From Octopus vulgaris (taxonomy: Eukaryota), in contig OX597822.1 of the NCBI GenBank assembly GCA_951406725.2, forward strand, positions 107,818,001 to 107,882,000: a stretch of 64,000 nt of DNA, in the 5' to 3' direction. Both the position numbers and the translations under genes were made by a program. The notes under the pieces are model-generated. The model saw only the letters and a list, made by a program, of their open reading frames with translations. It searched no databases and had not been told where the DNA came from. Shown here in pieces: positions 13,366-27,899 of this stretch (position 1 is the stretch's first letter; each line of letters starts with the position of its first letter).

Positions 13366-13454
13366 CAATAGAAAGTTTATTTAAACAAAACAAAACAGAA
13401 GAAACAACTTGGCCGTTCACTTGTTTTTGAATTTGTCGAAAAAGTAAATAGACC

Positions 13455-14185
13455 TTATTTCTTTATTGCCCATAAGGGGCTAAACATAGAGGGGTCAAAC
13501 AAGGACTAAGTCGATTACATCGACACCAGTGCGTAACTGGTACTTATTTAATCGTCCCCGAAAGGATGAAAGGCTAAGTCAACCTCGACAGAATTTGACC
13601 TCAGAGCGTAGCGGCAGACGAAATACCTATTTCTATTTCTTTATTACTCACGAGGGGCTAAACACAGAGGGGACAAACAAGGAAAGACATAGGTATGAAG
13701 TCGATTACATCGACCCCAGTGCGTAACTGGTACTTAATTTATCGACCCCGAAAGGATGAAAGGCAAAGTCGACCTCGGCGGAATTTGAACTCACAACGTA
13801 ACGCAGACGAAATACCGCCTAGCATTTCGCCCGGCGTGCTAACGTTTCTGATTTCTTTACTGCCTACAGGGGGCTACAAACAGAGGAGACAAACAAGGAC
13901 AGACAAACGGATCAAGTCGATTATATCGACCCCAGAACGTAGCGGCAGACGAAATACCTATTTCTTTACTACCCACAAGGTACTACACACAGAGAGGACA
14001 AACAAGGATAGACAAACAGATTAAGCCGATTACATCAACGCCTGTAACTGGTAGTTAGTTTATCGACCCCGAAAGGCTGAAAAGCAAAGTCGACCTCGGT
14101 GGAATTTGAACTCAGAACGTAGCAGCAGACGAAATACCGCTAAGCATTTCGCCCGGCGTGCTAACGTTTCTGTCAGCTCTCCAAC
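13455..14185 (-). mobile_element. Tandem cluster of three to four SINE family B copies
   Basis: atcgaccccgaaaggatgaaaggcaaagtcgacctcggcggaatttgaactc recurs at ~13551, 13741 and 14062, with ttatttctttatt/tttctttact tails between copies. Confidence 0.9.
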
Positions 14186-15201
14186 TTCAAGGCGTATATA
14201 TTTCTGAAGAAGTAAATAGTTTTGTTTGGATGCTCATTCTACTGGTGTAATTTCCAAATAAATTTTATGTTATTGGACAGATATTAATGTACAATGAGTT
14301 ATGGTTAGTGGCTCATATTTTATTCTGTCTAAAGCAAGCATCACGCAGTTATCCGCTCACATATGAGACTCTCACTTCTTTCAGTGCAATAAATCAAACC
14401 GAACTGACTTGGAAGTTTATAGTATATGATTCTAGCAGTATATACTTATTGTCAAAAGTGACGCTAATTTCTAAATGATTCTTAGGTTTGTATTTGAATT
14501 AACGATATTTTATGTAGGATTTATTTTGTGTTATATCATTACTAATAGCATTTGATCTTCTCGGTTTGAGCTGTTGATGGCGTTTCATAATAGTGTAAAG
14601 GACTGTACAAACGTAGGGAAAAATATCAGATCCACTAACTAATATTGCATGTCTGTAACTGTAATATATTTAATATATATGAATACAAGCTTGAAATATT
14701 TACTTCTCTAAGATATTAGATCTCTTACATTGTCTTGCCAGTTCTTGACTCACGAACAATGAAATAAGTGCATACGATGAATTACATTTAGTAATTTAAT
14801 TAATCTCTTACCTCACATAAATATATCTTATTCGATGATATTCATAAATGCACCTCCTCGTTCGTGTTGTGTAAATATCCGTTATACATGGCTGTCTATC
14901 TTAATGTAAATCTTGTACAACATTATCAAATGCAAACTTCTATATTTAAGAGAGCAAGCGTAGTGGTTACTAGGAGATTTGACTGTTACCTCTTGATGGA
15001 CAAGTGACCACATAAAGACACCTTTTGTTGACGTGGTTAATGATGATATAAGCATGATTACATATAAAGGATCTACTTTTGAAATTAAATTATATGTACC
15101 CATAACGTACACCTTGTATATAGTATATTTTCTATTAAATTAAATAGATCGTAATCGCCAACTGTGATTCTTTTTATAGGACATCTGAAATTTCATATCT
15201 A

Positions 15202-15355
15202 GCAATACTAATAATCACAGGCGAAAATCACAGTTAGATAGACTGACTAAACATGTGTTGGACAGGCATTCACATGTGTTGCACACACTTCAAGATAAAT
15301 AAATTTTGAGTTTAGAGGAGAAATACAGTATTATTCACAGGCTTGTCGCTAACTT
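15202..15355 (+). repeat. Left arm of a 154-bp inverted repeat pair
   Basis: gcaatactaataatcacaggcg...cttgtcgctaactt is the near-exact reverse complement of 18559-18712. Confidence 0.9.
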
Positions 15356-15847
15356 AAATCATTATTGATGCTTGAAAAGATCCTAAAATCATCGCTCATA
15401 TATTTTTAAAGTATTGGCAACTTTGTCCCCTACCTGACAGAGTTTGTGTTAGCACAGCTGGGTAATATATCAATCTTGATCAAGGTTTTGCATGATGAAG
15501 AGCATTTGTCCTATTTCTAAATCACTTTATTCCCCTTTTGTGCAGACATGATAAAGAGGTCAACATATCTTGGTTTGTTTCTAGCAGATACTGCGACTAA
15601 TTACAAGTGCTTCATGTTCGGTCTTATTATTTTTATTGAACGTAGCATTGAAGTGATATTGCTGTCTAGTTTGGAATTACCATTTCAAGAATTTAAATTC
15701 TAGATTGGCTTATATTATCTTGCAATGGCATTACATTACACTGGTTCGATTACTGCTACCGGAAGATAAGGAAATGAGAATGCAGACATCCAAGTAATTC
15801 AGTACTGAATTGGTAAAGCATAAGAAAACATTTATGCTTTCATAAGT

Positions 15848-16112
<265 letters not shown>

Positions 16113-17109
16113 GAATCGCATTGCATGATTTTTGAGTTTCATATAGCCTCATAGAACCAATAATGGTTTCTGATAATTCAAATTTAAGGAATCCAACAAT
16201 CAATTTTACTGTTTTAGAAATCCCTCTCTCTTCTTGTGTGAAAAAAAAACATTTGGTTGAAAATCGTTGAAATATATCTGTAATATTAATACATTATTTG
16301 ACAAACTTTTATTTTACTCACTTATACTTCATAATATGTTAAAACAGATATATGGGGATGTTTTCCAGATAATTATTATTGATTATCATGTTATGATTGG
16401 AATAATATCTCGTGCAATGCTCCATATTATAAAGTTTCCCATAGCTTTTGTAAGAAAAGATAATGCTGATACCTGTCATGGTTGAACGTTGTTGTTACTT
16501 AATGGAAGGTCAGCCTTGACTGAGCAGATATATAATCAATGATAACCCAGCTGTGCTAACCCAAACTCCATCAGGTAGGGAACAAAGTGGCCAATACTTT
16601 AAAAATATATGAGCGATGATTTTAGGATCTTTTCAAGCATCAATAATGATTTAAATTCTCGAAGAAATGTCGTTTAATCAGCTGAATTAGAGACGCCACG
16701 CTAATGTAGATTCATATTATTCCTTGTTACCGTATCGATTGTATCAATCAACCTTATCGATTATTGGAACTGAATAATTAGTATTTACATAAGATTTCAC
16801 ATCTACTCGTTTTCAGTGACTTCTTGTCACGGTTGTATGTTTTGAGAACGTTTATGACGTGAGAAGAAAACGGTCCTTTTAGCCATACAAGCTAGAGGGC
16901 GAGGAGAATAGATTCGCGACGGACGAGATGTAATATTGATACGGATAATTTGAAGTTAACTTCGTAGTCATTACAGAATTCCCATCGTTCGTTGCCGATC
17001 TGTTCCCAAATAAAAGAGCCAGAACATTGGTGTCCACTTAAATGACCATCGTGACTACCGGTAACATTGCAAAAATGACAACACAAAAAATCGGAGCTGA
17101 TTTTTAAGA

Positions 17110-17550
17110 GTTATTCATTCATTGTTCGACCGTGGTCGAGACAATGCAATTTACTATGTTACGCCAGACCTCATGGTCAATCATGGTATCATGGAAGACC
17201 TGTTGCTGGATGCCTGAATCCCTAGAGATTACATCAGGGTAGAAGAGTGTGCGCCCTCTGGTATCGCGTGCAGATGGCTTCCAGAGGAGAAGAGTAGAAA
17301 TTACCTCGTTTTCAGCTCTACAACAATGTCCAGAGTTATCCCTTTTTATCCACTAAGAAATCCACCAATTTCTTGCTCTCGACTGACCATTTATTTACCG
17401 ATTTCTGTAAACATGTAAGGTAATCTTCTTCTTGGCGATGTTTATGTTCCGTGCGCAGAGAGTCGCAATGTAACATAAAAGAAGGTATTTCCTTCGCTAA
17501 TGTAACAACTCCCAAAGTACATTGTCTATTGTATACACGTCCGGATTCTC
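17110..17550 (-). mobile_element. 3' fragment of an RTE-clade LINE
   Basis: Minus translation ...RDTRGRTLFYPDVISRDSGIQQQVFHDTMIDHEVWRNIVNCIVSTTVEQ* fits the RTE C-terminal pattern (RGRP...D...DR..WR), followed by a short tgaatgaa tail. Confidence 0.7.
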
Positions 17551-17911
17551 TGAAACGAACAAACAGATTAAATATCCAAATGGTTTTATTTAACAAGATA
17601 AACCTTTCCTATTTATATATGTATCGATGCGTATTTGAAGCTATTTTCAAATCGAATATTCACAAACATCTCATTGATCATATGATATTTTAAATTCTTA
17701 CCTCTGAAGAAACCATATGTTGTTTTTCAATGATATGAATAATCATGATGGGGCACGTGCTTAATTCTCTGTTTAGATGACTCATTCTTCTATATTATCT
17801 AGCTTCTTTGTTATATTTAAATAAATTGCAGACATGATTTTTCACACAACTTACATAATTATAGAGAAAATATATTCAGAACATTTATTTACTCAGAATT
17901 CAATCGCTAGT

Positions 17912-18108
17912 TATACATACATACATACATGCATGCATACATACATACATACATACATACATACATACATACATACATACATACATACAAACATACATAC
18001 ATACATACATACATACATACATACATACATACATACATACAATTATTCATTCATAATGATACGTAGATACATACATATATGCACAAACACGTGTGTGAAT
18101 GCTTTCTG

Positions 18109-18180
<72 letters not shown>

Positions 18181-18181
18181 C
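17912..18181. repeat. (TACA)n and (TCTA)n microsatellites
   Basis: Seen directly. Confidence 0.95.
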
Positions 18182-18558
18182 TTATGTTTCCTATTCATCT
18201 TCGCAAATAGTGAATATGTCAACTGAATTGATAGACGGAATATTCTGAAAATGGACTATCAGAAATCAAGTGTAGACTCACTATCAAACCATCTATAAAT
18301 ATACTACTATATGAAGTAATGAAGGATAGAAAAAATAAATATATATCGCTATAAAAACATGTGTCTGCATACGTTTGTTGGTTGTTTCTGAGCAGAATTT
18401 AAAAAGTAGCCTAATCTGTTCTGGTGGTCACAATTGAATTTGCCATAAAAAGATAATGTTTTATAATAACTAACACACTGCTACTGAGTAATTGTATAAG
18501 CTAAAGTGCTTTCAAGTTCTACTCATCACACCATTCTGAGATATAATTATCAAAGATG

Positions 18559-18712
18559 AAGTTAGCGACAAGCCTGTGAATAATACTGTATTTCTCCTCT
18601 AAACTCAAAATTTATTTATTTTGAGGTGTGTGCAACACGTGTGAATGTCTGTTCAACACATGTTTAGTCAGTCTATCTAACTGTGATTTTCGCCTGTGAT
18701 TATTAGTATTGC
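18559..18712 (-). repeat. Right arm of the 154-bp inverted repeat pair
   Basis: aagttagcgacaagcc...gattattagtattgc is the reverse complement of 15202-15355. Confidence 0.9.
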
Positions 18713-18825
18713 AGTTATGTGTTATGTGTTCTTTGTTCAATTATAAGTATATGAAATAATCCTATAGTTTTGGACGTTGATAATCCACATCAGTAATGTT
18801 GTTATAAAGCTCTTCTCAATATATA

Positions 18826-19054
18826 TTTCTTTACTACCCACAAGGGGCTAAACATAGAGCGGACAAACAAGGACAGACAAAGGGATTAAGTCGATTATAT
18901 CGACCCCAGTGCGTAACTGGTACTTAATTTATCGACCCCGAAAGGATGAAAGGCAAAGTCAACCTCGGCGGAATTTGAACTCGGAACGTAACGACAGACG
19001 AAAAACGGCTGCGCATTTCGCCCGGCGTGCTAACGTTTCTGCCAGCTCGCCGCC
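18826..19054 (-). mobile_element. tRNA-derived SINE family B, full length
   Basis: Reverse complement reads ggcggcgagctggcagaaacgttagc...gagttcaaattcc (B box)...ctttcatcctttcggggtcgataaattaagtaccag...agtaaagaaata. Confidence 0.92.
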
Positions 19055-20798
19055 CTTCTCAATATAGTAAATGTGAACGTTGACATTATGTTTTTTGTTT
19101 AGCTCGAAAATATTGCCGTCGAAATTGGAGTGTTTTGGGAATTTAAACCCGAGGAAGATATCAAATCTTATATTATTATTGAGTAAATGTATTTATTTGC
19201 ACAAATTAAAGTGGCGAGCTGACAGGATCCTTATTACACCAGGAATTTTGTCTGTCTATGTACTCTGAGTTTAGATTCAACCGAGATCGACTTCGTCTTT
19301 CATACATTACGGATCGAAGACATAGGTACCAACCAAGCATCGGGTTCACACATTCTACAAGCCTCCAGCCTTTAACATTTTGGCATCGTGCTTTTGCTAG
19401 AAACGATTACTTCGCAAATATCTTCCGATATAGTTTGTCAACTCGAAACCAGGGAATACTTTACCAACACTCTTTAGCAGTGTGAAGTAGCTGAAAACAT
19501 GTACAGTTTTGGTTGCAGACACGGCAAAGGAGGTGTTAATAACAGTAGAATAATGGAGATTTATAAGATATAGAAAAAAGATTTAAAAAAAAAAAGAACG
19601 AAAAGAAAAAGCCATCATTTCAATTCGGTTCTTATTGGAATATTACATCTATATAAACAGCTGTGCTCTGGTATTAAAAGTAAACTATGCATTGCTCTGC
19701 TTCTCATAAATTACTAAATAACGGATATTTATATTTTTAGTTGTTTATTTTCTTTTTATTTTATCTTCTTTACAATATCACTTTATCACTTGATCGATCC
19801 TATATTTTTTACCTCCCGCTTTCTAATTTTATGTCTTCTCTTATGTATATTATTTCCTTTCAATTTTCTTTCGTTTCTGTTCGTTTCTGTTGTTACTTAG
19901 GTCAGTAATTTATACTCTTTAGATCAGTAATGCATATATCTTTTACAGAGTACAGAAAGAACCATACTTCCTTGAATCGATAGGGTTACGTGCTACCGTA
20001 CGAAATGTCAATGGTTCAAACACAAATGACTAAGTAAATCTATAGACTCCTAATTATATTCTATAGTACCATTATAACAATACACATTAACAGAACTATT
20101 AGAGCATTGGGCAAAACACCAGAATTTCCGATTGTTCTTTTTGTTCTGAGTTCAAAACGGCCGAGGTCACCTTTGACATTCTTCCTTTCAGGGTCAATAA
20201 TAAATATAGTACTTGTGAAGTAAAGGGGGTCGATTTAACTAACGTGCTGCCCCCTCTCAAAATTGCTGGTCTTGTGCCAAATTCAGAAAAAAAATTTATG
20301 ATTTACGATGCTTGAAGCAGTTGATATATTCTCCTGTCGTATATTATTTCATGATAAAATGTGTACATTTCTCCGTATGTAGTAAGGCGTATTTCTTCTA
20401 CTTTGACGAAAAGAAATAATGCTTTGTGAGTTTATTCATATTCTTTGAGCTCAAAACACACCAAACTAACATCAAAAAGACATCACCAGGACACAAAAGA
20501 TGAACACTTAATCATTGCTACTTGTAGTAGTAAAAGTATTTGATGACAAAAAAAAATGTAGGATAATCAAATCAATTCAAATAGCAACACGGCATTATTC
20601 TCTGGGTCTAGAATACTTTCGGAAATGGAACCTAACGTGTTGATTTAATAAAATCTCTCACTATATAGGAACAGACTGCGTTTCTACGATGTATGTTACG
20701 ATTATAGTTTCTCTGGTGAGCGTATAAATATGTCTGTGTCAAGGTATGCTAATGTGTGTTTGAGTGTGTTTGTGAGTGTTTGTCTCTGTGAAAGTGTA

Positions 20799-20872
<74 letters not shown>

Positions 20873-20904
20873 TGTGTGTGTGTGTATGTTTGTATGTATG
20901 AATA

Positions 20905-21275
20905 AAGAGGTACAGACATGGCTGTGTGGTAAGAAGCTTGCTTCACAACAAAATGGTTTCCACTGTAGCCTCGGAGCGACCACAGTCTTGTGAGTCGATT
21001 TGGTAGACGGAGATTGAAAGGAACACCTGTGTGTGTATGTGTGTGCATAAATAACTATTTGTGTGTCTGTGCTTTTCCCCCCACCTACCATCGTTTGACA
21101 ACCGATGCTGGAGTGTTTATGCTCCCATACCTTATCGTTTCGGCAAAATGAGCCGATAGAGTAAGTAATAAGCGTACAAAGAACGGGTCCTGGGGTTGAT
21201 TTCTTTGACTAAAACGCTTTGAAGGCATTGTTCCTGCATGACCGCAGTCAAATTCTTGAAACATATAGAAGAACA
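20905..21275 (+). mobile_element. SINE family A, diverged
   Basis: tggctgtgtggtaagaagcttgcttc...gatttggtagacgg...tttgacaaccgatgctgg. Confidence 0.8.
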
Positions 21276-21321
21276 AAAGAATACGCACACACATGTATGT
21301 ATGTATATATGTATGTATGTA

Positions 21322-21557
21322 AGGCGGAGAGCTGGCAGAAAAGTGAGCGCGCCGGGCGAAATGCTTAGCGGTATTTCGTCTGTCGTTACGTTGTGAGTTC
21401 AAATTCCGCCGAGGTCGACTTTGCCTTTCATCTTTTCGGGGTCAATAAATTAAGTACCAGTTACGCACTGGGGTCGATGTAATCGACTTAATACCTATGT
21501 TTGTCCCCTCTATGTTTAGCCCCTCTATGTTTAGCCCCTTGTGGTTAATAAAGAAAT
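21322..21557 (+). mobile_element. SINE family B, full length
   Basis: aggcggagagctggcagaaa...gagttcaaattccgccgaggtcgactttgcctttcatc...aataaagaaat. Confidence 0.92.
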
Positions 21558-24535
21558 ATGTATGTAAGTCTGTATGTTACTAGTTATATGTAATATTTTG
21601 TAATATAACATCCTTGTTTAGATTAAGAAGCTAGTCTTCGATGTTCTCACTCTTGAAATATTCAGTGCCTACATATTAAACTTCTAATGGACGTAGTAGT
21701 GTTAAAGCTAGAATTACACTTAATTGTAATGCTTGCGTTTATTTGGCCAAAACAAGTCAACATACTTATAATGGAATCTGAGCTAAGTGCAAATTGGCGT
21801 ACGTTGTTCAAGTAAAAGAACAATATTTATTTTTTTGAATTCAAAACGAAGCCAAATCATATTAAGTATAGAGACTAATACCAATTTATTACCACAGGGA
21901 ATATTTTCAGGAAGTTTAGACATTCGATAATTTTCAATAAAATATATATTTTATGTGCTAGTGAATATTTAGTTAAAATCGTTAATCTAATCACATTTCG
22001 ATGCCAATAGTGTCAGATTTACTGTTTTTAATTTAATATTCTATTTTATCGAGATTACCTATAATTGTCATTCTATGCTCTCACTTAGATGTGCATTATT
22101 GCGGGCTATGTATGTTTTTTTTTTTATGATTGCACTTCTATATCTCATAAATACTGAATAGTGCGGCAGGAGAGAAGTTGAGCACCAACTAGCCAACTCT
22201 GAGAAGTTTCGGTGCTTGCGCCAAACCATTACAGTGCTGTCATTCGTTCGATTTCTTCCCAATAGTTCATACATGTTACAGATTTCCTTGCCCTGCCCGT
22301 TTCCTGCCACTGTGATACGGAACGTTTGTGTTTGATTACAGAAACGACATTGTTGGGACTTCATATGAGACTAAAGGAAGCAATTGATAAAAGACGGCGT
22401 TATATGACATACATATTTGCAGAATTAGCCGTCCTCCAGTGATGCATCATAATTTTTATGTATGTTTACACGCAGTTTCTGGGATAGACTTTCAGCAGAT
22501 TTGGTGGACTTCTCAGGATATTGTGAAAACTTGAGGAATCATACAAAACAAAGAAGGTAATGCAACAGCATGTTTACTCCAGTTTAATATTGGCTACATG
22601 CCAGTGACGAGGCTCACGAATACCTCTCGGATCTCGGAGACGCTTGATCCTTGAGCGAGTAATTGAAGTCGAGTGAAAATTATTGGGCATTCATCTCTCT
22701 CAGACAGGCTTTGGAACACGCGCGTTCATAATCTCTTATATTTTTGTGTCCTGCAGGAAGCTCACCTGGGTGAAAATCTCAGTTTAATCAACGACCTCCT
22801 GACAATATACCTAGTTGTGCCGAATTACCTAGAAATAGCGGAACTCAGAGCCACATGATACAAAATATGCAAACATAGTGTTTACGCTCATATTTACCTT
22901 CTAGATTTAAATGTCTCTACTATTCATGATTCGGTACATTCACACTTTGTTTAAATTCTGTAAAGCACAATGCGTTGGTTCGGTGCTTCATGAGAGTGCT
23001 ATCGGTTTTAAGAAAGCCAGAGTATTTTGTTCTATTTAAATATACATAATCCTCTTTTGCCAATAACAACTTAAGTTAATTTGGAAGATATCACGTTAAA
23101 GATCATATATCCCTCCAGCAAATTGGGATTCATACATACAAATAACACACACACACATATAAATATATTTATTTACACATACATATATGTATACAGATAC
23201 AATTTTTACAAGGAAATGTTTGAGAGTAAATCGAAAATTCGACTTGTTTGCTTACGGAAGTAAGTAATTTGAAAGTCGGTTTGCCCTAAAGGAAATATAA
23301 TAAATACGTATTTACTTGAAAGTATTTCCCATTTTTAACATATCAATTTATAAAGAAGAAGCATATGCATATACAAGTACACACACACGTAAGCATATCG
23401 TATTTACACGCGTACATTGATAAGTTTACGTATATACAGACACACACCTACATAACTTCATAAACTGTGTAACTATAAACACACACACACAGATACATAT
23501 CTATATAAACATCAGAACCTTCAATTTGTTTTTTCCTTCTGCAGTGAAAATGAACAATATAATATGAAGATTAAAAAAAAAAACTCACTAACAAGAGGAA
23601 GCGTTCAAAATATCAGTAACTCTTGTACCTCGACTTATGAGGTAAAGTTTTACTCACACCTCATCAATTATATGATGCGCAAATCTTGGTAACATCCGTT
23701 CATACTGATGCAGTGAAAGACCTGTTGCTGAAACCAAAGAAAACAGTGTAAATAATCATCGTTTAAGTTGAATCAGCATGGTAGTTTTTCATTACTACAG
23801 TACCCACCTTGTTTGAAGATTTCCTACTATTTATGGTACAGAATATTGACTTGGTTGTTTAAATTCTACACAGCATAAGATGTTGATTAGGCGCTTCTTA
23901 AGAGTCGTACAGGTGTTAAGAGGTCGGAAGAGGCCAGAAGCTTCAAATACCTCGAATCTTATAACGTTTGTCGTAAGGAAAGTTTTGAATAGCCCATAAC
24001 AAGGTTGAAAAGATCCAAACTAAGAAAGGTCTCTCTTCACACGTTTAGAGGGCATATTTCTATGTGCAGCCATAACCTCATGCATGAACAAATAGTTTCT
24101 ATTTAAGTTAAGAATGCATACACTAGGTTTATAAGAATCATTGAAAACAGTTGTTTTTAGTATATTTCGTAGCATTTGCTGAACCCAGATTATATATGTT
24201 GGACATTACTACTCTATTTTACTCTAGAAAATTTTTAATGTTATAGACATATGTTATAGACTCTTCCGCACCCTCATAGCGGAGAAATATCCCTCAACTA
24301 GATTCATATTATTAACCGAGGCGCACAGCATGGAAGTGGGAATGACTCAAAGAACGTGATTAACAAGGTTTGATGCAGTGGCGCGGGTGTTCAAGTGCAC
24401 CTCCATCACCATTTTATCAAAATGATCATCTATCTATCTATTCAAATTCTCATAAAGCTGCAGACACCCCACCATATATATGCATGTAAGAGTATATGTG
24501 CGTGTGTTTGTGTGTGTGTGTGTGCTCGTGTGTGC

Positions 24536-24574
<39 letters not shown>

Positions 24575-24759
24575 CGTGTGTGCGTGTGAGGGGATATGTG
24601 TGGGCATGTATATATATATATATAAGAGGTATTTGTATCCAGAAGACCCAAGGTAGCTGGTAACACTATGTAATTGCTATGGAAGGACCGTGGTTAAACT
24701 CTCGGTTCGATAATGATACGAGTGAGGAGTCTCATGTGGGTCTTGTATGAATATGCATG

Positions 24760-25660
24760 TGTTAAATAAAATGAGACAACAAAGCGAAGGCTTTGTGGAA
24801 TTTGCAAGACATTTATAAAGAGAAAGTTAGTCGTACAGCTGTTTCTCGGATAATAGGGTTATCCTTTCATCAGAGACGATGTGATATGGTTAAATAGAGG
24901 GAAATACTAGAGTTCAATATAAGGAACTATTTTGGAAGAGGAAGGAAATAATGAATATGGAGGGAAATAGGAGAATGAATGTAGAAATAACAATAAAAAT
25001 ATAAATATATAAAATGTTATAGTTGCAGTTCTATTATCCAAGGAAAGTGGTGTGTAGAAGTAGTAGAAATGCTTCTTGTCTGTGGTATGTAAATTCCGAT
25101 AGTTCATCTTTTGACATTACAAATTGAAATTGTGGAGACATAGATTCCGTGTGCTGTGCATTCAAACGGGTCTTGTGGTGTGAATGAAAATGAGAATGTA
25201 GTGGTAGAATTAAATGGATAGAAAGGGGAGAAGAGACGTGTACGTTTAAATGAGGAGGGAGGTCAAAAGGAAAATGTGAGAAAAGAAGAAGGAAAGGAAA
25301 AGATAAAACGAGAAAAAATGAGTGATATGAATTTTAAAAAATGGAAAAAGGAGTGTTAGTTGGTGATGAAGAGCTTATGAGGGTGGATGGGAAGGGAGTA
25401 GGGGAGGAATAAGGGTAGGGGAGTAGGGAGGGATACGAAGAGACAAGAATGTAAGTAATGAATATGTCTGAGGTGTGTGAGGTGGGGTGATATGTTAGAA
25501 TGGCACTAAGGTATGGATAAAGAAAAACATATAAGAAGGGCTCTTTTTAAAGTGAGTAGTAAACCCCAAGAAAAAAAATCTAAAACTACTTTAACAGTTA
25601 GAATATCTAGTCAAATATCGAAGTGAAGAGATAATTTGGTTTGTAAAGTGTGCTTATGCT
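24760..25660 (-). mobile_element. Degenerate PLE 3' region ending in a hammerhead motif
   Basis: Minus strand has decayed endonuclease-like coding (LHSHFHSHH..., QEAFLL...) then CTGATGA...GAAACAGCTGTA; homologous to 49670-50430. Confidence 0.7.
24830..24877 (-). ncRNA. Minimal type I hammerhead ribozyme-like motif
   Basis: gtct CTGATGA aa ggata-accctat-tatcc ga GAAAC agct GTA cgac: conserved core, 5-bp stem II, palindromic stem III (ACAGCTGT); stem I has one mismatch. Confidence 0.65.
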
Positions 25661-25762
25661 TCATGAAAAGGTAGTTACACATAATCCTACTGTTATATAT
25701 CATATATAATGCTATCAGTAATATCCTATTGTAGCCGTTTCACGTCACGCCACGCTACATAT

Positions 25763-25983
25763 TTGCCACAAGGGGCTACACACAGAGCGAACAAACAAGG
25801 ACAGACACACGGATTAAGTCGATTATATCGACCTCAATGCATAACTAATACTTATATAATTGTCCCCGAAAGGATGAAAGGCAAAGTCGACCTCGGTGGA
25901 ATTAGAACTGAGAACGTAACAGCAGACGAAATACTGCTAAGCATTTCGCCCGGCGTGCTAACGTTTCTGCCAGCTCGCCGCCG
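25763..25983 (-). mobile_element. SINE family B
   Basis: Homologous to 18826-19054. Confidence 0.9.
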
Positions 25984-26951
25984 TTTTAGTTCCCCTTATT
26001 CTATCCTCCAACATTCTCTCGTTCTTCTCCTGCATCTCTCACTCCTTCTCTCCCTCCTTCTCTCGCTCGTTAAACTCTTCCTCTCTATTTAATCAGGAGC
26101 CAGCAAGATTTGGACGTAGTCCAAACAGTCGATAAAAATCTCTGTTATTCAGTTCACGCGAAAATTGAACTCCTATGTTTTGAGGGTTGAGTTATGAACT
26201 ACAAGCTACAAGTTACGTGCCTTGGCCACATTTATACTTCATTAATTCATAATGAATTTAATTGCAAAGACGAATCAGTATTCCAAACACGCCATAAGAG
26301 TTTTGGATTTAGTAATATCTTGATTGAAACAGACAGTGACAGATAAATACATAATTGTCGTATCTTTGATTTTGACCTACATAAGCTAGAGATTTCCGCC
26401 CCTAACTGTACACATCCGAATTGCTATGTATCTTAACGTGCATGAACGGAAATGTGTGCATGATATATGAATGTACATGGAAATGCTTGCAGATAATTTC
26501 CCCAACCGATAATTTTCGGTTCATCCTTAGCCATGAAATTAATAATTACTTGTATTTAGTAATTCCAAGTGTTCCACCAATTTGCGATTCTGAATAACCA
26601 ATTGTGTAGAGGTCCACTCATAGTGGACGATAATTAGAAAAATCTCAAACGTATTAAATGCAAGTGGCATTTGACCAAGGAGGACACGAATGATTATGTA
26701 TGCTGTGTTATTATTGAATGTTTGAAAGGAGAAAATCAATAGATTTATCTCTGAGCTGGGAGTTCAAGTATTATAGAGGATTTGAGAAAGAAATAATATT
26801 TAGAATTTAGGAAGCTAATCAGAACCTATTCAGTCTGCTAATGGTGAGAAGAATCATCCTTAGATACTGGATTAGTATATCGAAAGCCATGTGATTATTA
26901 TAATTTTGAACCTTACTTCGAAAATTATTCCATCAACTATTCTCAGGGCTA

Positions 26952-27006
26952 TTGCTGCTGCTGCTGCTACTACTACTACTACTACTGCTGCTACTACTGC
27001 TACTGT

Positions 27007-27076
<70 letters not shown>

Positions 27077-27188
27077 GCTGCTGCTGATGGTACTGCTGCT
27101 GCTGCTGCTGTTGCTGCTACTACAACTACTACTACTACTACTACTGCTGCTACTACTACTACTACTACTACTACTGCTTCTGCTGCTG

Positions 27189-27250
<62 letters not shown>

Positions 27251-27337
27251 GCTGCTACTACATCTACTACTACTACTGCTGCTACTACCACTACCACTAC
27301 TACTACTACTGGTGCTGCTACTACTACTACTATCACC

Positions 27338-27400
<63 letters not shown>
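26952..27400. repeat. Compound (ACT)n/(GCT)n trinucleotide array
   Basis: Seen directly; the poly-T/L/V ORFs are artefacts. Confidence 0.95.
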
Positions 27401-27401
<1 letters not shown>

Positions 27402-27899
27402 GAAATATAGTTTCAATGGGCTGCATTGCTACTTGTGTGTGAAATACCTATTTTCTGTTCTTTGCTGTTCACATAATGTGTTAAAGGTTTATATAACTTG
27501 AAGAGGTTAACAAGTAAATAGGTAATGTTAGTAGTGTGTTAGTATTGTTTGAGTAGATTCGGCTAAAACATTTCAACAGGATGAATCATATGAAGCAACA
27601 TTTCTACACCCGTTTCTTGTTTGCTTGTACTGCATCTCCACACGTAATCTGCGTAATAGATTCTAATCGATTACCATGCTTGATCTCACCAGCTGGACGT
27701 TGTGTAACATTGGCAGATTTTAATTTGTTGTAAGCATTTAGGTCAGCTCTTCAGTTTGGCGATAACTTTCTGTCGTACTTTCACTCATCTGGTTTGCCTT
27801 AAAAATAGATATCGAGTGCTTCCAATCACTGCTGATTGAACAATAAGAACTGAATCTGTGAAAAATGTCATAATTTTCACGAAATCACATTTTATTAGT

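Noticed and set aside
18826-19054. tRNA gene suggested by A/B boxes
   Set aside because: No cloverleaf; the boxes belong to the head of a multi-copy SINE.
22068-22860. GC-richer segment with short ORFs, possible exon or transposase relic
   Set aside because: No diagnostic motif could be read with confidence in any frame.
23760-24180. Possible CR1-like LINE C-terminal relic on the minus strand
   Set aside because: Only vague similarity across frames; too weak to report as a feature.
26872-27442. Mucin-like poly-Thr, poly-Leu or poly-Val protein
   Set aside because: Trinucleotide microsatellite open in several frames; no splice or domain support.
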